The notes under the pieces: model-generated | Seen by the model: only the letters and a program-made list of their open reading frames with translations | The model's database searches: none | What the model was told of the DNA's origin: nothing | Part shown: positions 13,850 through 24,192 of the stretch, in pieces | Position numbering within the stretch: the stretch's first letter is position 1 | Layout: the number at the start of each line of letters is the position of its first letter | Source: Octopus sinensis | Taxonomy: Eukaryota | Length of the DNA: 64,000 bases | Assembly: GCF_006345805.1 (NCBI RefSeq) | Contig: NC_043012.1 | Span: 58,652,001-58,716,000 of the forward strand | Reading direction: 5' to 3' | Made by a program: the position numbers and the translations under genes

Positions 13850-14323
13850 ATTACTACAATTTTCTGAAAGTAAATTATCCTTGAAATCCAAGTAACAATA
13901 ATTTTCTTTCTTTTGATTAAAGTATAACAGCCTGTGTATTCTCCCAAGAGCCTGGCAGCGGAAACAGAAATAAAATTACAACAAACGGGAAGATTAAGTT
14001 TATAGATGGTAACGACTTGAAGTGCTGTAAAGCGGCTCCGGTGATTGGCTCTTTTACATCGTTCGTTCCACATTCCTTTAGTAATAAACAAAGAATATTA
14101 ACGTTTAATTCCTTCCAAATATTCTATAGAGTCATTAGTCTTTTAGAGTAAAAACAGACTGATACCTACTTTCAAATGTCATAAAATAGAAAGACGTTGC
14201 GAGAGAGAGAGAGAGCCCAAATGATTCAATTAAACCAAAAATGTCATATAGGTTTAGGTAAGCTGTATATTCGATATAACTAACACAGAGTACCTCCGTA
14301 AATCCATTTGCATTTTATCAGTT

Positions 14324-14718
14324 ACTAGCAGTATCGCCCGGCGTTGCTCGGGTTTGTAAGGGAAATAACTATATAAACATTTTTAGAGATGAAAAGTATA
14401 ATAGCCATCTCAATATGGCTGACCACAAAGGGGGGGGTTGTTACTGTAGCTTTTTACGTTCTGATATTTAATAACTTTTTAGAGAGTTACTTCCCTTATA
14501 TATGCCAAAAATGCATTAAAAATGGGAAAAATTGATGGTAAATTATGTTTAAAATCGAAGACTCATCGTAGACGCGCGCTAATACCCAGAAGGGCTCGAT
14601 ATGAATCACGACTATAAGATACCCGGTTTTGGTTAAACTGCATCGCAAAATGTGGGAGTAGTTAGGAATCTAAATCGTAGGAGACAGACAGCACACAACC
14701 TCACTTTTATATATAAAG
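14324..14718 (+). mobile_element. Non-autonomous Helitron/Helentron-like element, copy 1
   Basis: Starts ACTAGCAGTATCGCCCGGCGTTGCTCGGG (terminal stem-loop); ends CAGACAGCACACAACCTCACTTTTATATATAAAG. Confidence 0.6.
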
Positions 14719-15105
14719 ACTAGCAGTATCGCCCGGCGTTGCTCGGGTTTTTTGCGCCCCTTTAGAATTAGAAATTTTGAAAAGTAAAACTTTTGCATTA
14801 TGTAGCTTGTTATTCTCTTTAAGTGAACATTTTTCTGGTCCAAATACACCGAAAAATGGCGACACAGCAGTCAAAAAATCGTAAAAAATAGGGCTTTTCA
14901 TAGAAAAAACCCCACTTTTTAAATAAGTTTTGGTCTTAACATGGTTCGATTTGAATTTTATCTCCTTCAGAATGAAGAGCAAGCCTTCTTCTATCATACT
15001 CTCAATTTTGGTCAACTTGCACCGCAGGGTCTCGGAGTAGATAGTGTTAGCTGAAGGCTACCAATCCTGCCACACACAGACAACTTCAGCTTTAGATATA
15101 TAGAT
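14719..15105 (+). mobile_element. Non-autonomous Helitron/Helentron-like element, copy 2, directly abutting copy 1
   Basis: Identical 29-bp start, different interior; ends CAGACAACTTCAGCTTTAGATATATAGAT. Confidence 0.6.
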
Positions 15106-15806
15106 TGAGTAATGGAGACAGAAGGTACTTCGACGTGATAGAAGAATGAAAACTAAGAACTAACAGATGGTGAGATTCTTGCTCTGTTTATTCCTGTAAT
15201 TCTTTAGCTAAAATAAAATAACATAAGTACTTTCACCATTTGCATTTATTGTCCAAACTTGTTACCATAACCCTAACTAAAGATAAAACTTATTTTCCAC
15301 TGGATTCCATCTTTAATAAATTTTAATTAAAAGAATTTCGCAGTTGTCTCCCCCTATTTTTTGAACAGAATCAGTAATTTGAAAACTAAATACATCTGTT
15401 CATAAATTTAAGATGAAATTGTAATAAATTAAAATTGCTTGATTTACGATACCAAGATTGTTGACGCCTACTTTACCGTTACGTTTTCTTGCAGCAGACG
15501 CCTCTAGGTAATATTGATTCCCAGTCATTATATTAATTGATAACTTCACACGATGTTCGTTAACAACAATCTTATCCATTCTGCATGAAATGTTAAGCTA
15601 TGCTTTGCTGAGGAGATCGAGTAAAGCTGAAATGTTTGTCTGAGTCGTCACCGTATTGCTCAAGTCCAAAGTGAATCCTTAAATTTGTGAATTAAAGCTT
15701 TATCTTCACAATTCAGAATTAGAAAATGCTTGTTCTTATTCTAATTGTGCAATTTTAATTTAATGCTGCACACATAAAGCAAATATTCTAGCGTTCATTT
15801 TATTCA

Positions 15807-16317
15807 ATCTATTTCTCTAATCTATAAAATGAAGAAGGCGAACGTTGATGCAAATTGGATTTTTATATAAAAAGGGGTCTAAATGTGGCTGGAAGGGGAT
15901 TAAAATTTACAGGAGGGATAACTTAAGGTGAGAAATTGATTCAGAAGCGTTTTGGGGGCACTACAGTGGTTGCCTTGGTGTGAAAACGGGGATTTTATTG
16001 ATTTGGGGGGACACTTGTGGGTCTAGATTGGACACTTTTTGCCCGATTTCAATAAAATTTTCAACATGGTAAAGTGGAAGTGGATTTATAATTTAAGCGC
16101 GGAAATCTAATTTATTATAAATGGGAGAGACATAGATAGAGAAAGATAGAGAGTAAGAGAAAGCGAGGGAGAGTCGGAGAGAAAGGAAAAGTGGGAAAGT
16201 GAGAGAGAAACGAGAGAGAAACAAAGATGGAGAGTGTGGCGATAAGAAACAGAGGAAGCAACAGAAAGTAACAACCACACCCTCACCCGCGCGTAGAGCG
16301 GGTCACCTTAAGCTAGT
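15807..16317 (-). mobile_element. Third Helitron-like element, inverted
   Basis: Minus strand starts ACTAGCTTAAGGTGACCCGCTCTACGCGCGGGT (hairpin) and ends TTTTATAGATTAGAGAAATAGAT. Confidence 0.5.
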
Positions 16318-16928
16318 TAGTAATCTAATATAGAGATGGCGATAACAGAAAAGCAGACACAAACATTTGCCTGTCTTGTATTTCACATATGATACACAGG
16401 ACATATTTCTCTGGCCATCATGCATTATATACGATAATCATTCCCCATTGTTTTTGCAACCACCAATGTAACTTGGGACTTATGAAAGGAAAGCATTATG
16501 TTAGTCAGATCGTATGAAATAGGGGCTAACTAAAAGTCTGAATACAAACGTAGACGTTAGGACAAGCTTATGAAAATGCGATGGATAGCTGAGTGATTGT
16601 ATCAGTGCATAAGTAACCCGAAACATTGTTATTTGCCATCAGTATAGCTAGTGGTAAAATTTGAAAAGAAACGAGAAAACTTTTTGAAGATGATTTTTAG
16701 AGCAAAAGCATAGGTGTGAAGTTTAAAAATGAGATTTTTGGAATTCGTTCGTGTTACTTTCCACAATTGTGATGTACGAACACTATTGTTCGCATCGAAT
16801 TGATCATATAAGACAAATTTGTGTGGAAATCCCTCTTCACATACACCCCACATACTCACACACACTCATTTGCGTACGTACAAACACAAGCACGCACATG
16901 TATATATGCGTGTAATCCAGTGTAAATA

Positions 16929-17152
16929 TTGGTTTCAAATTTTGGCACAAAGCCATCAAGTTGTGGTGGGGGAGTGAGGAGCAGAATTGATTACGTCGAC
17001 CTCCGTTTTCAACTGGGACCTATCTTATCAACCCGGAAAGGATAAAAGGCAAAGTCGACCTGCACTGAATTTGAACTCAGAACATAAATATGGGCGAAAA
17101 GCTGCTGAGCATTTTGCCCGGTGTGCTAGGGATTTTGCCAGCTTGCTGTCTT
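16929..17152 (-). mobile_element. MetaSINE-like SINE, older subfamily (tail ...TTGTGCCAAAATTTGAAACC)
   Basis: AAAGGCAAAGTCGACC...ATTTGAACTCAGAAC core. Confidence 0.8.
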
Positions 17153-17334
17153 ATCCAGTACAAATATTAAGTATTATTTATATCAGTAAGCATTCTCTGA
17201 TGATACCATAATGCAACTGATATGTACTTTTTTGTTATATTAACGTGCGTAAGATGATGCATCTAAATATTATAAGAAAATGCATTGCTCTCATTTTGTT
17301 ATGCTTTCTGTTTTTAAATTACATATGTGTATTA

Positions 17335-17552
17335 AGGCGATGAGCTGGCAGAAACGTTAGCACGCTAACGGAATTTCTTCTGTCCATACGTTCTGAGTTC
17401 AAATTCCGCCGAGGTCGATTTTGCCTTTCATCCTTTCGCGGTCGATTAAATAAGTACCAGTTACGTACTAGGGTCGATGTAATCGACTTAATCCCTTTGT
17501 CTGTCCTTGTTTGCCCCCTCTATGTTTAGCTGCCTGTGGGCAATAAAGAAAT
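17335..17552 (+). mobile_element. MetaSINE-like SINE monomer with the Tx1-type tail (tail1)
   Basis: AAGGCGATGAGCTGGCAGAAACGTTAGCACG head; tail CCCTTTGTCTGTCCTTGTTTGCCCCCTCTATGTTTAG..GTGGGCAATAAAGAAATA. Confidence 0.9.
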
Positions 17553-17603
17553 ACATTACATATCTGTTTATGCATGTGTATATTGATACACACACACACA
17601 CAC

Positions 17604-17646
<43 letters not shown>

Positions 17647-18844
17647 CTCACATGTATAAGCTGTATGTGTTTATGCATATTTATGTGTACCTTTGTAGAT
17701 GCTGTCAGTTAATAACGTCCCTGGAAGTCACAAATCAAAAGCACCATGTGGGTGAATGCAGCCCTTCGATAAACAGGAAACGAACGGCGTGTGAGGCTAC
17801 AATAATTTGCTGAATATCATTGGCTGAAACATTCAAAGCTGATACTCCTGCTTGGCTACAAGCAAATAGCTGAAACCTGTAAAATAATATCATAGAATAT
17901 AGGGAGTATTTGGATGGCTTCATTCTGTAAAATAGTGAGCTCCTTGAATTGTCTATAATAAATCAAGAAAGGCGGATGTATTGACTAAATAAAATAAATG
18001 TATGGTATTTAGAATATATTTCACTTTTCTCTTAGTAAACTAGACGATTATGTGTTCCAGATGTGAGAATTTCCGTCAGATTTTCGAGCAGAAAATTTGT
18101 TTATGTTGTTACATAAATTTACAAAGTATTTTAGCTATAACTTTAAAATTAACGCCATTGTATATTGATTTTCTTAAAACTATTTTATTTTCCTGTATTC
18201 TTCATTGAGTTACTTATCATGAAACGGGAGAACATTTAACTATAAATAAACCTGTTTTTGCTGTCCTTATTTGAACTTACGTTGATTTATCTCAGAAGAT
18301 TTTAGAAATTTTGTTATATTTATTTAATAGTGTGGCATGGCGATAAAACTAAATGGGTGCAGGAACACTCGCAAGGAAATATTTAGTTAAATAAGTTAAT
18401 GGGTTCATAGAATACATTAAATGTCTTTCAAAATTCCTTTCGATATTTTTTTCCCAGTTCATTCGAGTCTGATTTCAAATCCAACTGTGATAAACCTTAC
18501 CTTTCATTCTTCCGGAGTCAATAACATACTAGCTACGCACGGTGTCGATTTAATTGAATTAACCCACCACACTAATGCTTTGTTGCTGAGCCCGTGTAAG
18601 AAAACATTACCTACTTTTGTTTCTTGTATATTTTGAGTTCCAATTCTGCGGATAGCAACCAAGTATTGGATTTGGTTCGAATTCGGAGCTTTTAGTTCAA
18701 ATGCTGCTGGAGTCATTTATAAAACTCGACAATATAATATTAAAGAAATATATACTGATGTCAATTAAATATATATATCGAGATACCACTTAAAAAATAA
18801 AGAAAAAGACAAAGAAAGAAATACTATATCATCAACACATTAAT

Positions 18845-19005
18845 TGGTTTCCTATTTTGGCAAAGGGCCGGCAAGTTCTGCAAAGTGGGTAAGTCTATCA
18901 GATCGATCTCGGTTTGCAAATGGTGGTAGTTATTCTAACGACCCCGAAAGGCAAAGTCGACTTCGGCGGAATTCGAACTCAGAAAGTAAAGACGGAAGGA
19001 ATACC
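18845..19005 (-). mobile_element. Distal body of the host SINE (tail2 type) into which the Tx1 element inserted
   Basis: Minus strand GGTATTCCTTCCGTCTTTACTTTCTGAGTTCGAATTCCGCCGAAGTCGACTTTGCC...GGCCCTTTGCCAAAATAGGAAACC. Confidence 0.8.
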
Positions 19006-20966
19006 GATTTCGTTATTGCCCACAGGGGGCCAAACACAGGACTGGACAAAACAACTGATTGGGATCAGTAATACGTTATGATTTTACATAAAATGTGAAT
19101 ATAAAAATTATATAAAATATAAAGAAATCGAATGAAATTATCAATACAGAGACAACACAATAGTAGCGATGATCAGGCCACGCTCCAACCCCACAAGCCC
19201 CGATCTATCGCTGGTAACTTTTTTTGTTCTTTTATAGCCTATTCACACGGCACCTTGTATGCACGACACCCGTGCAACATGCTTCCATCTCTTTTTGAAC
19301 ATACTCCCCGACAGATACCTCTTCTCCAACCACACCTCCCTTTTCAAATGAAAAGTAAAAAATGATCGTAAATCGTGGCCGGATGTAAAGTTGCCAGCCT
19401 TAATCCCTTTCATCCTAGTCTTCCATACTGCCTCTTTCGCTATTACTACAGCGGTGAGAAAACAATTCTTACCTTCTTTTGTTAAAACTTCCGGCGGGTT
19501 AATTTTTATAATTGACTCAGTCGACAGCCGTACACTTCCTTCGCCGGTAAACAGGTGTTCAGCATAAACCCACATTTCAGATAACTCCGGACACTAGACA
19601 ATAGCGTGAGGGACGGTTTCCCTGTCTCCCCCGCATCTTGGACAGGTCGGAGACTGACGCTTACTATGTCTTGCGAGCTTATCCCAAACGGGCAAGGCAC
19701 CTCTGTAATTGCCAGGTCAAGGTCCTTTGGAAGTTCTCCAACGTTCTTAACCCGAATGTACGATGGAACAGGCTGTCTAGTTGAATATACCAGAAACCTA
19801 CAGTCACCCCCAGGTCATCGTCACATTCAGACTTTACCAACCCACTATATAAAATTCGTGTAGAATCCCCACCGCTGGCGCTGCCCGAGTGCCGGAATAG
19901 CTGGAGGGCCTTACGGTACTCATTATGCCATTCACTCGACCTCTATCTACGAAAACACCAGGCTTCTTGTTCGCAAATACTTTTCAACTCGGAGAACAGT
20001 TGTCTGGCCAGCAGAGACCATTTCCATTCACTATCCACGTCTTCTGCTTCCTTCCTTACAATTTTTGGCTTGTCTCTTTTCGCATTTGTTTTCGGTCTTA
20101 GTTCGACCTGTTTTTGTTGATTTGAGCTTTCCATTTTCTCTTGTTATTAGTTGCTTTCTTTCTTCTGTTTCTCTCTCTCTCTCTCCTCCACTTCACCATC
20201 GGATTGTCCCTCGCCGTCTTTACAGTGTTTTTTACATGACCCAGCTGGCCACACTTGAAGCAACGGGGCTTACGCCCCTCGACAAATACGTTGAGGAATT
20301 CCTGCCCAATTTCTATTTTCTCCGGTATATGTTCTAAAATTGACTGTTCTGCTTGTATTAGGAGGTGAACCGTTTGACAGTCCAATTAGACTTTTCTGTG
20401 TTGTGATGGTAGCCTGAAGGAGTGTTATATTATCTTCCTTTTTTGCCAGGACATACGGTCGACTTGAGGTGGGACGCTTGGTATACGCATCTTTGACGTC
20501 CTCATTCCCATATATACTAGAATTAAGACAGCGTCCTCCGTTTCTAAAGATTTAACTGAGTGCATTTGTGCAGTTTCGATATCTTTTAGTCGTACTTCGA
20601 TAGTACTAAATTTCTTCCCTCTGGCTAGATTTGTTATATATTGCTTGATGGGTTTCAAGCACTTCTCAACTTTCACTTCGCTCACTCGATCATTTTTTCC
20701 CCTTTTAGACAGTAAGATTTTAAAATAATTATATTTCTTTTTTTCTAACATTAATAGTTCTTCCGGGGGTTGAACTTTCATAACACAGTCTTCAATTGTT
20801 ATCATATCTTTGTACTTTATCAGGTCATTTTTGTTTGTCGACATCTGGCGGGTTCCACCTACAGCCGCCGACGCAAAACTTCTTTTTTGTATATTTTCTT
20901 CTGTTTGAAGGATTTTCCCGTCAATATTCCTCTTTTGCAACAGTACACATTGATGGTTGGGGAAAT
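19006..20966 (-). mobile_element. Tx1-like (L1 clade) LINE, internally deleted: decayed ORF1 joined to the ORF2 C-terminus, 3'UTR and tail
   Basis: ORF1 segments RSFASAA...LETEDAVLILVYMGMRTSKMRIPSVPPQVD and CFKCGQLGH zinc knuckle (~20222-20263). The ORF2 C-terminus (~19243-19945) is homologous to 22550-23255. No EN or RT domain lies between them. Confidence 0.8.
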
Positions 20967-20984
20967 TCACTTATAGAAGAATCC

Positions 20985-23496
20985 CACGATTCGATCTTTG
21001 ACGAACCAACAAGGTGAGTTGATAAACGAACCCGAGGAGATGTGTGAGGCCTTTCAGGAGCACTTCGCTCAGCTTTTCGGTGAGTGCGGCGGGCTGGATA
21101 GGAGGAGGGCCTTTACGGACCTACTCGACGGTCTGCCGCGCTTATCGGGGCGAGATGCGGAGGGCTGTGAAGGGCCAATCACGCCTGGGGAGGTGGTTGA
21201 GGCAATGGCGGACTGCGGCGCGGGCAAGGCGCCGGGTTTGGATGGTCTACCCTATGAGTTATATAAGAGTATGCCAGACTTGTTCGGGCACCTACTGGCG
21301 GAGGTCTACGCGAACTGGCAGCAGAACGGGCTTATACCCAGATCTGTGCGCCGGGGAGTAGTGACTCTCGTCAGAAAGGACCCGAGCAAGGGGGAGTGCA
21401 TTGATAATTTCAGGCCCATCACTCTGCTAAACACAGAGTTGAAGATTTTGGCCAAAGTGTTATCGAAAAGATTGGCGCGTGTCGCGGATGGTCTGATCGG
21501 AGGGGCACAGACATGTGCCGTTCCGGGCAGATCCATTCAGGATAATCTCCATCTAATGCGGTACACTATAGAGGGGTTTAATAGTGATTCTGGCAAGGGT
21601 GGGGCTCTGGTCCATTTAGACCAATCTAAAGCTTTTGATAGGGTCGACCATCGTTACCTGGTATCTGCCCTGGCACAGTTCGGGCTGAGCCTTGGCTTCC
21701 TCAGGTGGATTATCCAAATTTACGATAACATCGACTCGGTAGTTCGGGTGAACGGCTTCTTGTCGAAGCCGTTCAAAATCAAACGCTCGGTTCGTCAAGG
21801 GTGTCCGCTCTCCCCGCTTTTGTACGTAAATGGCTCCTGAGCCATTACTGCGAAAACTGAGCGGCATCCCGAGACAGCCAGGTAACGGAAAATCAGTGTC
21901 AGCGTACGCGGATGACATCACCATCATCGTAACCGAAATGGACCACCTATGTAAAGTAGGCAAGGCCATAGAGGTTTACGAGACGGTGACAGGAGCAAAA
22001 GTTAATCGCGAAAAGTCAGTCGGCTTGCAACTCGGCACCTGGAGAGGCAAGTCGATGCCTCCTGACAGCGTCGTGGGACGTTGGACGGAGGGTCCGATTA
22101 AACTGCTAGGGGTCTGGTTCGGTCCAGACCTCCAAATAGAGAAGAATTGGGGCGAGGTAACGAGCAAGGTGGCTGCAGTAGCCAAGACCTGGTCTTGGCG
22201 GTGGCTATCCCTGAAAGGGAGGGCGGAGGTGGCTAATGTGTTCATCGCATCGGTTATCACCTACCGCCTTTCCGTCGGTCCTTGCCCTGATTCGTGGTTG
22301 ATCAAGTTGGAAAGACAGCTCTTCTACTTCTTGTGGAAGGGCGGGAAACCACTTGTGAAACGCTCTACTTGCTGTCAACAACCGTTAAAGGGTGGGCTAG
22401 GGATGCCTTGGCTGATGATGCGCAGACATGCGCTGAGGTTAAGACATCTGTGGCTCTACCTGGATGGTGAACGGGTGTGGTCTTCGCTAGCAAAACTGAT
22501 GTTTCCCAAGTTCACTAGTTTCGGTGGATGGGAAACCTGGCTGAATCGTAGATCGAAACTTGGTACTTGGTACACGGAGTGTCGCAAGGCTCTCCTGCTA
22601 TTCCGTCGCTCGGGCAACGCCTGCGGTGGGGGTTCCACCACACTCTTCTATAGAGGGTTGGTAGAGGCGGAATGTGAAGATACCTTGGGGGAAACCCTAG
22701 GTCTCGACGATAATCAGCTGGCCAGTCTGTTCCGACGTATGTTCGAGCCGAGGACACTGGACAACTTCCAGAAGTCTTTGGCATGGCAATGCTACAGAGG
22801 AGCTCTACCTGTTCGGGATAAACTCGCAAGGCACGGTGGCCAAGACAGTCCGATATGTCCAAGATGCGGACGGGATAGGGAACCGTCCCGCACGCTATTG
22901 TTCATTGTCCGGACGTGTCTGAGGTGTGGGTTTATGCCGAACAGCTGTTGTCAGGTACACGAAGAGTACAGCTGTCGACTGAGTCGATTACAAAAATTGA
23001 CCCACCGGATTTCCTCGTGAATGAAGGTAAGTTTCGTTTTCTCGTTGTAGTAGCAATTGCGAAGAAGTGATATGGAAGACGAGAATGAAAGGTTTACAGT
23101 CAGGCAAGTTCATCTCCGGCCCTGGTTTGATGAATTACTTCATCTTTCACCTGAAAAGGAAGATAGGGCTGGAGAGAATACGCCTGACTAGGAGAGTGTA
23201 TGAAGAACGATGGAAGGATGTAGCACGAAAGTTGCGAATGAAAGTCACAACATAAATGTAATACCAAGTGCAACCAAAAGTATCAGTGGGGAGGCGGGGC
23301 TCGTGGGGTCCGAGCTGAACCGCACCCACTCCATCTGTAATGTCTTCCGGTCTATTCCATCATCCGATTTTGTGTGTATTTTTGTAATTTCATGATATTT
23401 TTAAAACCGTTTTTGTGTAAAAACCATTCGTATGTCTGACCCCAAATCAGATTGTTTTGTCCCCTCTATGTTCGCCCCTTGTGGGTAATAATAAAA
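20985..23496 (+). mobile_element. 5'-truncated Tx1-like LINE with RT domain and 18-bp TSD
   Basis: PGLDGLPYE, FRPITLLNTELKILAKVL, LDQSKAFDRVDH, VRQGCPLSP, YADD and C-terminal CPRC motifs. TSD TCACTTATAGAAGAATCC at 20967-20984 and 23497-23514. Confidence 0.92.
20998..23255 (+). pseudogene. Frameshifted LINE ORF2 (reverse transcriptase), ORF-track pieces 20998-21840, 21830-23020 and 23067-23255
   Basis: A frameshift near 21830 splits LSPLLYV from ...PLLRKL...YADD; further disruptions occur near 22880-23060. Confidence 0.9.
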
Positions 23497-23514
23497 TCAC
23501 TTATAGAAGAATCC

Positions 23515-23776
23515 GAAATATCGCCAAATATGAAACTTTCAATCTTTTTTGCCTCCCTGTCGGTTGACGACTTTTCGCCAGACGAAGTTACACTTTTCAG
23601 CATCTTGCCAGCAATTAATGTGTCCCCCACAGGGGAAAACACAACACGATAGTTTTGGAACTAAGACTATCACACAAATAATTATAACAGGAAATAACAC
23701 AAAAACAGTCAATACAAACTTGCACTTACTATACAGACTCACACCAATAATAATTACCAATAAATCCAAACTCATA
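23515..23776 (-). mobile_element. 5' end (UTR and ORF1 start) of the minus-strand Tx1 element, displaced by the plus-strand insertion
   Basis: Removing the insertion and one TSD gives a stop-free frame from ATG 23603: MLKSVTSSGEKSSTDREAKKIESFIFGDISDSSISE|FPQPSMCTVAKEEY. Confidence 0.7.
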
Positions 23777-23789
23777 CAGAAGAAATACC

Positions 23790-24192
23790 TATTTCTTTAC
23801 TACCCACAAGGGTTTAAACACAGAGAGGACAGACAAACGGATTAAGTCGATTATAACGACTCCGGTGCGTAACTGGTACTTATTTCATCGACCCCTAAAG
23901 GATGAAAGGCAAAGTCGACCTCGGCGGAATTTGAACTCAGAACGTAAAAGCAGACGAAATACCTATTTCTTTACTACCCACACGGGGCTAAACACAGAGA
24001 GGACAAACAAGGACAGGCAAACGGATTAAGCCGATTATATCGACCCTAGTGCGTAACTGGTACTTAATTTATCGACCATGAAAGGATGAAAGGCAAAGTC
24101 GACCTCGGCGGAATTTGAACTCAGTACGCAGCAGCAGACGAAATACCGATAAGCCTTTTGCCCAGCGTGCTGTCAGTCCTGCCAGCTTTCGC
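23790..24192 (-). mobile_element. Tandem SINE: head-body-tail1 | body-tail1
   Basis: GAAATA|GGTATTTC junctions at 23964|23963 and 23790|23789. Confidence 0.9.

Noticed and set aside
17691-17876. 186-nt minus-strand segment bounded by TTTTACAG and GTAC splice-like signals
   Set aside because: All three frames contain stops and no homology was recognised; at most a non-coding or terminal exon, unsupported.
19006-23496. A single LINE with a 5' inversion (twin priming)
   Set aside because: Both orientations have their own ORF2 C-terminus, 3' tail and TSD, so they are two insertions.
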